Positions 1-10,459 of a DNA stretch of 64,000 nucleotides are shown one piece after another (position 1 is the stretch's first letter; each line of letters begins with the position of its first letter). A program made the translations under genes and the position numbers. The notes under the pieces are model-generated. The model did no database searches and was not told the DNA's origin. It worked only from the letters and a program-made list of their open reading frames with translations. The stretch is from Octopus sinensis (lineage: Eukaryota), in NCBI RefSeq assembly GCF_006345805.1, contig NC_043005.1, forward strand, positions 105,958,001 to 106,022,000, written 5' to 3'.

Positions 1-60
1 TACATACATACATACATTCATATATACGTGCATACATTCATATATACATACATACATACA

Positions 61-94
<34 letters not shown>

Positions 95-280
95 CATGCA
101 TACATATGTGAGGGTGTTTGTGTGTTTACACACACACAAACACACAGACACACACACACACACATATATATATATGTGTGTATATATATATACATAAATA
201 TATATATGAGTGTATGAATATATGCACACATACAACATATGCATGCACACACAGATATATATATGTCTCTCTCTCTCTTT

Positions 281-346
<66 letters not shown>

Positions 347-380
347 ATATATATGTGTATAATATATACATATATATATA

Positions 381-445
<65 letters not shown>

Positions 446-633
446 GTATACATATATATGTACATACATGTGTGTGTGTGTGTAGTAATGCATATAAGTA
501 CACACATACACAGACATACACCCACATATATAACTTGTCGGTAACAGTGACGATGGCGATGACACCGGCAGTGGTGGTAGTGGTGGTGGTGGTGGTGGTG
601 GTGGTAGTGGTGGTGGTGGTGGTAGTGGTGTGA
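1..633. repeat. Compound microsatellite: (TACA)n, (CA)n, (TA)n, (TG)n, then (GTG)n
   Basis: Visible directly. Explains the overlapping I/Y/H/T/V-rich ORFs. Confidence 0.95.
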
Positions 634-844
634 ATAATTAGATAGATGATCCTCAAGAAAGGACACAGTAAACAATAGAATAATCTGCCTCCAGATATGT
701 CAGCGTCCTTTAATAATGATCTCGTTTCAATTAAATAGACTCTATTTATTTGTCAGTCTCTCTCTATTGATCCAGCTAACCATCTTTTCATCTGTCTCTC
801 AATATAACAGGGCCTCCACCTCTCAATCTCTCTCTTTCTGTCAT

Positions 845-876
<32 letters not shown>

Positions 877-971
877 GCATCATACATACACACATAGATA
901 CATATATTGTCGTATCAATATGTGTATCAACATAAATCTATCCATTTAGTTATTGATAAGCTTCTATCAAT

Positions 972-1021
<50 letters not shown>

Positions 1022-1191
1022 GTCTATCTATTTATCTATTTGTCTATCTATCTAACAGGCTGTGCGTGTCTCTAATATATGCATGTATGTAAGTACATGT
1101 GTATATAATTCACTACCCTTATCCTCAGATCAATGTGTATGGATATTTACAAATATTTGGTTTACATATATATATACACATTTATATATAC

Positions 1192-1236
<45 letters not shown>

Positions 1237-1691
1237 GTATAAATATATATATGTGTGTGTGACTGTATATATGCATATGTGTGTGTGTGCATATATATAT
1301 ATTTATGTATATATATATATATACACACACATACATGCACACAAATATGCATATACACCTACTCATACACATATATAATATATTTGTGAAAATATACATA
1401 TTTATGTTGTCAATGATGAAAATGAGAATAGAAACTGCAAAACACCAAACTAAATAGATTTAAGTATTATGCTTGGCTCATCTTGTTTCTGAGCTCAGAT
1501 CATCTTGATGTTGATTATGTGTATTTATTTTTTGTTCTCTCTCTCTCTCCCACTCCCTCTCTCTCTGACATTAGTAGAACATGTACCAGTAATATGCAGC
1601 TGGCTTGAATTTTATAAATATAAATTCTCTGAAAAGTTTTCTCTTGATCCTAAGTTTAAATAAATCAATACATGTATACATTCTTACATCT

Positions 1692-1892
1692 AGATATTTG
1701 TGACCGACTTTTTTTTCCTCCATCTTCCCTTCCTTGGATCTTTCCTTTTCCTATGTTTCTGATGAAGAGGTTCACTTGAAGCGTTAAACCTTCCTCCTTT
1801 CCTTCTTTCGTGAGCGTCCAATAACACTATACTTGTTCCATGTCCTCGCATTGTTGTGATTTCTCTTTGTGTTCTCATGTTTGGATTAACCA
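1692..1892 (+). mobile_element. Family H1: short repeat resembling a Penelope-like terminal repeat, with a degenerate hammerhead-like core
   Basis: Homologous to 8248-8425 and 9230-9385. Core GTTT-CTGATGA-A-GAG-GTTCA-CTT-GAAG-CGTT-AAAC at 1755-1789. Ends in TTTGGATTAAC followed by (TA)n. Confidence 0.7.
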
Positions 1893-1954
1893 TATATATA
1901 TATAGATAGATAGATATATATAGATATATATACATACATACATACATATATATA

Positions 1955-2152
1955 TCATCATCATCATCATCATTTAGCGTCCGCTTTCCATGCTAGCATG
2001 GGTTGGACGGTTCAACTGGGGTCTGTGAAGCCAGAAGGCTGCATCAGGCTCAGTCTGATCTGGCAGTGTTTCTACGGCTGGATGCCCTTCCTAACGCCAA
2101 CCACTCCGTGAGTGTAGTGGGTGCTTTTCATGTGCCACCCGCACAGGTGCCA
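1955..2152 (-). mobile_element. RTE-type LINE 3' end with (ATG)n tail
   Basis: Shared block CCATGCTAGCATGG...GCTGGATGCCCTTCCTAACGCCAACC and (CAT)n on +. At least 6 copies in the window. Confidence 0.75.
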
Positions 2153-2770
2153 TATGCAACATATGCTATAATTATAAACGGCAAATTTTAGCCATTTCTC
2201 TGCTGACTGACAAAAAATTATGAACAATCTTAATCAGTTTTCAAAGCTTATTGGGTTCTCATCAGAGACATCCACATCATTCTGTCTCCAGAGAAGCAAA
2301 CAGGCAAGCTATTTATTTATATACTCAACAAATGCAGCAGTTACTCTATGAAGGGGTCCTGAATTTGCATACTGAAAGTGTTTAACACTCTATAAACACC
2401 AGTCCACACTTAGTCCACACAGTATCAAGGTATGGTACATACATATATATATATATATACATTTGTTTGTATACATTTAAATATATATGTGTTTCATAAA
2501 ATCAAATTAAAACATATTTTCATCTGCACACACCTTATGTAAAAATTCACCCAACTGGTTATTATTGAGATGTTCTTTCTTGACAATTTCATCTTTTGAG
2601 ACTGTCATCTTTGCAACCTAAATTAATCAGATTATCCCCATGGAGTAGACGTGGATCTTGTTTTAGCTGATACTGAAATAAATACCACTTTAGTCACTCA
2701 TCACTATAAGTATAGTTCTTCTGATGAACTCAGAGATGTGTGGATATCAAGGTAATGCAATCTTCATGAT

Positions 2771-3165
2771 GGTGCAGGAGTGGCTGTGTGGTAAGTAGCT
2801 TGCTTACAAACCACATGGTTCCGGGTTCTGTCCCACTGCATGGCACTTTGGGCAAGTGTCTTCTACTATAGCCTTGGGCTGACCAAAGCCTTGTGAGTAG
2901 ATTTGGTAGACAGAAACTGAAAGAAGACCGTCGTATATATATATATATATATGTGTGTGTGTTTGTCCCCCCACATCACTTGACAACCGATGCTGATGTG
3001 TTTACGTCCCCGTCACTTAGCGGTTCGGCAAGATAGACTGATAGAATAAGTAGTACTAGGCTTACAAAGAATAAGTCCTGGGGTTGATTTGCTCGACTAA
3101 ATGTGGTTCTCCAGCATGGTTGCAGTCAAATGACTGAAACAAGTAAAAGAATAAAAGAATAAAAA
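2771..3165 (+). mobile_element. SINE-A (tRNA-derived head), full length
   Basis: A-box-like TGGCTGTGTGG, B-box-like GGGTTCTGTCCC, TTGGGCAAGTG core, TAAAAGA-repeat tail. Confidence 0.9.
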
Positions 3166-3194
3166 TGGTTCTATGATTCAAAAACTTCCAACTG

Positions 3195-3765
3195 AAAGAC
3201 ACCAATCTACCTAACTTATATTTCTACCAAACACACCATTCTACCAAGTATGCATCTCTATCAAACACTAATTTACCAAGTTCACATCTCTGACAAATTC
3301 CCCACTCTACCAAACACAGGTCTCTACCAAACTCACTTCTCTAATAAACTCCTCATTCTACCAAACTCACAATTTGCCAAATGTCTCACTGTACCAAACT
3401 CACCTCACTACCAAACACACTTCCCTAACAAACTCATCATTCTACCAAATGCTCTCCTCTACCAAACTCATATTGCGATCAAACTCCCTTCCATGCCAGA
3501 CATTGTCAAAAGTTTACAACATTATGGGCATAGTTGAATTCTACCAAATTTATCTCTCTATTGAACACACCTCCTTACCAAACTCATTTCTATGTTAAAT
3601 TCTCCATTCTACCAAATGCACCACACACTGTTAAATATATCACTCCACAAAACATACTTCCTTACCAAACTTAGCACTACCATATCACCACTCTACCAAA
3701 CACACCAGTCTACCAAACTTACTACTCTACACCAGATTCACATCCCTTACCAAACTAACCCCTGA
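3195..3765 (+). repeat. Degenerate minisatellite, about 18-bp unit (approx. CTCTACCAAACTCACCAT)
   Basis: TACCAAA recurs about every 18 bp. Confidence 0.8.
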
Positions 3766-4343
3766 ATCATGTTTTCAGTTGAATCTTGTATCATGTGTAT
3801 ATCAACCATTTTGGGACAATTTCATAGACATTTCTTGCTAATATCTGTCAAGAATGTGTCATCAGATGAGAATTCTTACTTGTCAGTGAAATGATGCAAT
3901 TTGAGGGACAAGTTTCAAGTAATTTAAGCATGTCATATTTATTTTGGTATCTACTTCACAAGAATTCTTAGATATTCTATGTTGAGTTAGTGTATGGATG
4001 TCAGAAAATTTGGTCTTCTGATCAAACACTAGTTGATAATCACTAGGTAAATGTAATTACAACTGTATGGCAGATGAAGCTGACTATTCCATGACATTTG
4101 GTAAAACTGTAGAATGTGAGGAACTAACACTGGACTGTGTTTGCAAATAGAAACAGATATGGCTGAAGCAATAGAATGAATCTGATGCTGTGAGAAGAAA
4201 GAGAAGTCTGGCACTTTGAGCAGAAAGAGATGAAATGGCTTGAAGTCATAATAAGTCGTAAGAAAGTTTAGAAACTTTGAGAATGTGAAATAATTGGTGT
4301 TTTTTTGAATGGTGAATCTGGAAGCAAATAAAGCTATAAATAA

Positions 4344-4618
4344 CATCATCATCATCATCATTATCGTTTAATATCCGTTTTCCATGCTAGCACGGGTTGG
4401 ACAGTTCGACTGGGGTCTGGGAAGCCAGGAGGCTGTACTAGGCTCCAGTCTGATCTGGCAGTATTTCTACAGCTGGATGCCCTTCCTAATGCCAACCACT
4501 CTGTGAGTGTAGTGGATGCTTTTTATGTACCACCGGCACAGGTGCCAGGGGAGGCTGGCAGTGGCCACAATTAGTTGGTGCTTTTTACGTGTCACTGGCA
4601 CAGGTATCACAACTACAA
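4344..4618 (-). mobile_element. RTE-type LINE 3' end
   Basis: Same family as 1955-2152, with a duplicated GGTGCTTTTTACGTG motif. Confidence 0.8.
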
Positions 4619-4635
4619 ATAACAGTGTGTAAATA

Positions 4636-4824
4636 TTAGGTTAAAAATTTTTTGGATAGAAAAAGTTGAATGCTGCCTGTTGGGGGACACAAACCCTCAT
4701 CTCCAATAAATATGATGGACATTCTACCTTCAGACCAAAATGATCTTTTGAATTTCTCTGTTTTAGAAACTTTACTCCCATGAGCAGTCTTCAACTTTTC
4801 CTATCCAATGGGCTTTTAACCCAA
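4636..4824. mobile_element. Tc1/mariner-type MITE
   Basis: Imperfect terminal inverted repeats of about 50 bp (TTAGGTTAAAA...TTTTAACCCAA). TA on both flanks (4634-4635, 4825-4826). Confidence 0.6.
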
Positions 4825-5599
4825 TAATTTCATGCTATTATTTGTAGCTGTTTCCATTGAGATTTACCATTCCTAAAAATGAATTATTTAGTTTGATGCT
4901 TCAACCAAAGTTTCTTTAACAGAAGTCTAATTATTTAACAGAAGTCTAATCAACAAAGTCTAATTATTTCACACTTTACATCACAACCACCAAACTGATT
5001 GGCCCCTAAATATTTCTTTAAGTTTATTATCCTTATTGCCCATTCTAACAGAGGCCAAATTCTATCAGTTTTCTAAAACTGTACTGTTACTACCAACTCT
5101 CTGCCCTAATATCACTGAATCATAATATTTCAAAAAAATACATATGGAAATTACATCAGAAATCCATAAATCTCTCATACAGCCAATTGTTGTTGTTGTG
5201 TTGTTGTTGTTGTAGCAGGAGTAATAGTAGTAGTAGTAGTATTAGTAGTTGTTGTTGCTCTGTTCATTTTTCAATGAAGACAAACATGACTGTGTTATCT
5301 CACTTGGCAAGTGAGTCATCAGAGTAATTGATGAGTTGTGTTTAGAGGAATAAACTAAATGTTATTGCCAACAGCAATTAAAATATTACATGACACTTGC
5401 TTAACTTTCCATTATACTTTTGTTTTCATGGCAACACTGTTGATATTCTTGTCAGAGGCACAAATAGGATAAAAACTGACACGAATATAAAAAAAAAATA
5501 TATATTTTTTGAAAATTAAACTTGGCTGAGGACACACAAGGATTTGTGTTTTAATTTGTTATTCTCATCAGAACAAAGCAACATATTCCAGGTTCACCT

Positions 5600-5752
5600 A
5601 CGTGGTGACGGTGTTGTTGCTGCTGCTACTGCTGCCGCTGCTGCTGCTGCTACCACTGTTGCTGATGCTGATGATGGCAGTGATGTTGTTTGCTGATGCT
5701 GATGATGATGATTGTGATGATGATGATGAGGATCATTTCTCTTACTACTACT

Positions 5753-5798
<46 letters not shown>

Positions 5799-5835
5799 CA
5801 CTACCACCACTACTACTACTACTACTGCTACTATC

Positions 5836-5906
<71 letters not shown>

Positions 5907-6080
5907 CACCACCGCCGCCACTGCCGCCACCGCCACTGCCGCCGCCGCCACTGCTGCCGCCGCCACTGCCTCCGCCGCCGCCGCCACTGCCGCCTCCACC
6001 ACCGCCACCACCACCATCACTACCACCACCACCACCACCACCGCCACCACCACCACTACCACTACTACTACTACTACTAA
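5600..6080. repeat. Compound trinucleotide array (GCT/GAT, then ACT-ACC-GCC-ACC-ACT)
   Basis: Visible directly. Confidence 0.95.
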
Positions 6081-6285
6081 TGACTTTGCAAGAGAGAAAC
6101 GACAGTATTTTTGACCTTTCCCAGGTCATTCTAGATTTGGCTGCCTGGTTGAGTAAGATTTTAATTTTCATAAAGTTTATTTTAAATTGATTGGTGATTG
6201 AAAAACGTGGGCAGAAGGATAGTCCCAGAGATTGGGGTGGGGGGAAATATCATTTTGCAAGAAGAAATATTATACAATATTCTAT

Positions 6286-6697
6286 AGGTGCAGGAGTAGC
6301 TGTGTGGTAAGTAGCTTGCTTACCAACCACGTGGCTCTGGGTTCAGTCCCACTGTGTGGCACTTTGGACAAGTGTCTTCTACTATAGCCTTGGGCTGACA
6401 AAAGCCTTGTGAGTGAATTTGGTAATCAGAAACTGAAAGAAACCCATCGTATATATATATATGTATATATATATGTGTGTGTGTGTTTGTGTGCCTGTGT
6501 TTGTCCCCCCAACATCGCTTGACAACTGCAGTAGGTGTGTTTATGTCACCATAACTTAGCAGTTCAGCAATAAAGACCAATAGAACAAGTACTAGGCTTA
6601 CAAAGAATAAGTCCTGGGGTCGATTTGTTCAACTAAAAGGCAGTGCTCCAGTATGGCCACAGTGAAATGACTGTAACAAGTAAAAGTGTAAAAGAGT
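6286..6697 (+). mobile_element. SINE-A, full length, with TSD
   Basis: Family match. AATATTCTA at 6276-6284 and 6698-6706. Confidence 0.9.
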
Positions 6698-6959
6698 AAT
6701 ATTCTAACACAAACACAATATAAGAGATTTATTTATAGGGTGGGAGGTGATGGACAAGATCCTTGTAGATTCCATAGACCTGTGACATTGATATGGTTGA
6801 TATTAAAATTGAAATTATGTTGGTCAATGTGTGTTTGAGACAAAATATGGACAAGAAAGGTGAATATTTCAAAGGAATAAATTTCTGGAGAGAAATGACT
6901 GGAAAGAATGTTTAATATTAATTCTGGGTTAACGAAATAGGAAGTGAATTCATCAGGGT

Positions 6960-7250
6960 TCCTTCTCGAGCCACGCCTGGTTCATAGGGCCGGTTTCCCG
7001 GTTTCCTTGGCGTATAGGTTCCCCATCTGGATCGGACACCAGTCTGTCGCAGGTGAGCTGCAAGATGCAGGAGGAAAGAGTGAGAGAAAGTTGTGGTGAG
7101 TCAGCAGACGTCTGCCATTGCCTTCTGCTGGAGCTGCATGGTGCTTAGGTGTTTCGCTCATAAACACACATATCACCTGGTCTGAGATTCGAACCCGCGA
7201 TCTCTCGACCGCAAGTCCGCTGCTCTAACCACTAGGCCATGTGCCTCCAC
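6960..7250 (-). mobile_element. SINE-C (tRNA head, V-domain-like core), with TSD
   Basis: Head GGAGGCACATGGCCTAGTGGTTAGAGC...GGTTCGAATC. Core CTGCGACAGACTGGTGTCCGATCCAG. Flanked by AATWCATCAGGGT (6947-6959, 7251-7263). Confidence 0.85.
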
Positions 7251-7426
7251 AATACATCAGGGTGGTTGTAGGGGTAATCAGTTTGGTATGTGAAGATATC
7301 AGATGCCTGTGTAGCAGCATCATGTCTGTTTGTGGGGTAATGCTGCAGTGTATTGAGGATTAGGGGTTTGTCAATCAGCTGATTGGTGTGTGTTGTTAGG
7401 ATGAAAATGTATCAGAACAAGAATGT

Positions 7427-7459
<33 letters not shown>

Positions 7460-7461
<2 letters not shown>

Positions 7462-7668
7462 TTTTGTTCTTTTACCTGTTTCAGTAATTTTGACTGTGGC
7501 CATATGGAGCACCACCTTTTAGTCGAAGAAATCGCTCCCTGGATTTAATCTTTGTAAGCCTGGTACTTACTCTATTGTTCTCTATTGCTGAACTGCTAAG
7601 TTACAGGGACATAAACACACCAAGATCGGTTATCAAGCAATGGTAGAGGGACAGACACAAACATTCAA

Positions 7669-7761
<93 letters not shown>

Positions 7762-7925
7762 GTGTGTGACAGGCTTCTTTCAGTTTCTGCCTACAAATCC
7801 ACTCATAAAGCTTTGGTTGACTCGAGGCTAAAGTAGAAGACACTTGCTGAGGATGCCATGCAGTGGTACTGAACCCAGAACCATCTGGTTGGGAAGCAAG
7901 CTTCTTACCACACAGCCACACCTCA
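7460..7925 (-). mobile_element. SINE-A with expanded internal (TA)n/(TG)n
   Basis: Family match. Confidence 0.9.
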
Positions 7926-8040
7926 CATATATATATATATATATGTAAGTACTGAGGGTAGAAATTATTATTAAAAAATACAATTTTATACCAGTGGCCA
8001 GCATGCATAATAAAACGTCCAAGGGCTGCAAATTATATTC

Positions 8041-8178
8041 AAATATAAGAGGAAAGCCACTAAGTGGTTTCCTTACATGCAGAAAGTAGACACCAAATGG
8101 TCTAACCATGTGGTTAGACGATTTTGGCATCTATTTTCAGCACGTAAGGAAACCACTTAATGGCTTTCCTCTTTATTT
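8041..8178. mobile_element. Fold-back (palindromic) MITE-like element
   Basis: Arms of about 65 bp around GTCTAACC-ATGT-GGTTAGAC. Confidence 0.7.
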
Positions 8179-8247
8179 GTACATATATATATAAATATAT
8201 ATATATATATAAATATATATATATTATATATAAATATATATATATAT

Positions 8248-8425
8248 ATAGTTATCCAAACAAGAAAACAGAAACAAAAAACACAAACACGCAAGGACGT
8301 GGAACAAATAAAGTATTATTGGACGCTCAGGAAAGAAGGGAAGAAGAAGGGTTTGACGTTTCGAGTGGAGCTCTTCGTCGGAAACATAGGAGAAGGGAAG
8401 ACAGGAAAAAAATCGCTAGTGATAC
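8248..8425 (-). mobile_element. Family H1, best-preserved hammerhead-like motif
   Basis: Minus strand 8385-8351 reads GTTT-CCGACGA-A-GAG-CTCCA-CTC-GAAA-CGTC-AAAC. Confidence 0.75.
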
Positions 8426-8554
8426 AGATATATATATATATGTATGTATATATATACATATGTATATATATATATATATATATACATACATACATACATA
8501 CATACTACATATATATATATATATATTTATATAATATATATATATATTTATAGC

Positions 8555-8830
8555 TGGCATGGGTTGCATGGCTTGCCAAGAACTGGCAAGTCAGAAGACT
8601 GTGCCGCATTTTACTGTCTGCTTTAGCATCGTTTTTATGGTTGGATGCCCTCCCTGAGATGCCAACCATTTTACATAGTGTACTGGGTGACACCAGCAGT
8701 AGTGAGGTAACTTACAAAACAAAACTTTTCAACTGATGGGGAGCAGCATTGAGGGAGGTGGCTTTGTTCCAGGTGACGAGAGGAACCAAAGTTGAAAGGG
8801 GACACTGCTGTATTGCTACAAATCTTCCTG
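8555..8830 (-). mobile_element. Diverged subfamily related to the RTE 3' end
   Basis: GGTTGGATGCCCTCCC...GCCAACC motif. Homologous to 16928-17340. Confidence 0.55.
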
Positions 8831-9133
8831 TACTTGTTCTAGCCATTGCACTAACAGCCATACTGGGACACTCTCTTCAGAGGTTCAGTAGAACAAATGA
8901 ACACCAGTTGTAAAGTGGTGGAAGAGCCAAAAAGCACAAAAACACACAAACATTAATATAAACACACACACATACAACAAGCTTTTACATGAGTTCTGTC
9001 TACTAAAGTCACATGCACTCACAAGGCATTGGTTGGCCTGGGACAATAGCAGAAGACATTTGCTCAAGTTTGCAATGTAGTGGGACTGAACCTGAATGTA
9101 TACATGTATAGTATATATATATATAATATATAT

Positions 9134-9222
9134 GGCAGGATGACCATTCCGAAATATAACAATATCTGTTTCAACACACGACTTCAAATAAAAAATCTTG
9201 CACAACAAATATTTAAACGTAT
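9134..9222. mobile_element. Outer-arm fragment of fold-back family H2
   Basis: GACCATTCCGAAATATAACAATATCTGTTTCAACACACGAC matches 48960-49043. Confidence 0.8.
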
Positions 9223-9229
9223 ATATATA

Positions 9230-9385
9230 AAGTTAATCCAAACATGAAAACACAAAGAGAAAACACAACAACGTGAGGCCGTGGAACAAGTATAGTGTTA
9301 CTGGACGCTCAGGAAAGAAGGAGGGTTTAACATTTCGAGTGAAGCTCTTAGTCAGAAACATAGGAAAAGGAAATGGTGGGGTTGT
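9230..9385 (-). mobile_element. Family H1 copy
   Basis: Minus strand 9359-9325 reads GTTT-CTGACTA-A-GAG-CTTCA-CTC-GAAA-TGTT-AAAC. Confidence 0.75.
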
Positions 9386-9679
9386 GTTGACCACACATGG
9401 AGAAATGATAGGAGATCGGTGTACTTATTTTTTATTTTTTTATTTTTGTATATGTTTATTATTATATTTTTGAAAAAAACATTGGAAATTTCTTTTTTCC
9501 GTTTCCTCAATTTAAAAAAAATTTCTTTTCCTCTTTCAAATCTTGAAAATTTGCTTTGTGATGTAAACCGGTTTGAGTTATTATTTTTTAAATTTTCCAT
9601 ACACCCATTTTTATTAAAATTTACCATTCTGCTTTTTTACAAGTTTTCCTCTCCTATATGTATATATATATATATACAT

Positions 9680-9838
9680 ATATACAACAGGCTTCTTTCA
9701 GTTTCCATCAACCAAATCCATTCACAAGGCTTTGGTCAGCCTGAGGCTATAGTAGAAGACACTTGCCCAAAGTGCAATGCAGTGGGACTGAACCTGGAAC
9801 CATGAGGTTGGTAAGCAAGCTACTTACCACACAGCCCC
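9680..9838 (-). mobile_element. SINE-A 5' half
   Basis: Family match. Confidence 0.85.
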
Positions 9839-10027
9839 ACCAAGGTATCAAAATAGAATATCAAAATAGCAATATATTCTCAATTGCTTTCAACCAGTTA
9901 GTAATGTAGTTGTTGTTGTTTTGCCTAAGGTTAAACTTGATCTAAACAAGTCTATAATCAAAAAGATTCTAGCTATTACCATCATATGGGCAGGAGACCT
10001 AGAACTATATTATCCAACATAACTTTT

Positions 10028-10459
10028 TTTATGAGGGTGTAGTGACGCTACTGTGGAAGTTTCAGCACGCATGCGCAGAACTGGATTTCTTCTGGTAGGT
10101 CACCGGAAGTTCCTTCATGTGCATGTGCAGGAACTGCAACCTGAAAGCGTCTCCGCTAAATCTGTCCTTTTTTGGGAGAGCAGCCCTAACAAACGGACAT
10201 GACTAAAACTTCTCTCAGGGAAAATCCTACGCTTAGAGAAGCTCTCTTCGAAGCGGGAGTGGAGACCATATCTTCTTGGCTCACCTTGTGGATTTGGCTA
10301 CCATATCTTCTTGGCTCACCCTGTGGATTTGGCTACCGGTTCGCCCTTAAGAAATATATATGTATATATTTTACCTGTGAACCCGAAGAATAAAGTACTA
10401 TTTATTGTTATTGAAGACAACCGGATTTTTGGTTCCTTTTCTTCGACTTGTATGTGACA
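10028..10459 (+). mobile_element. Putative solo LTR
   Basis: CpG-rich block starting TGT and ending TGTGACA. AATAAA near 10388. Internal 35-bp tandem duplication at 10265-10334. No TSD found. Confidence 0.45.

Noticed and set aside
38-1400. Long I/Y/H/T-rich ORFs, and similar ones throughout the window
   Set aside because: They are translations of (TA)n, (CA)n and (TACA)n microsatellites, open in several frames on both strands.
4029-4361. 110-aa ORF with FLTTYYDFKPF, similar to FLTTHYKFKPY at 48370
   Set aside because: The start lies in an (ATG)n repeat tail, the similarity is a short aromatic-rich match on the opposite strand, and no domain is recognisable.
7176-7250. Functional tRNA gene
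   Set aside because: It has A and B boxes but no acceptor stem or T-run terminator, and it continues into a SINE body with a TSD.
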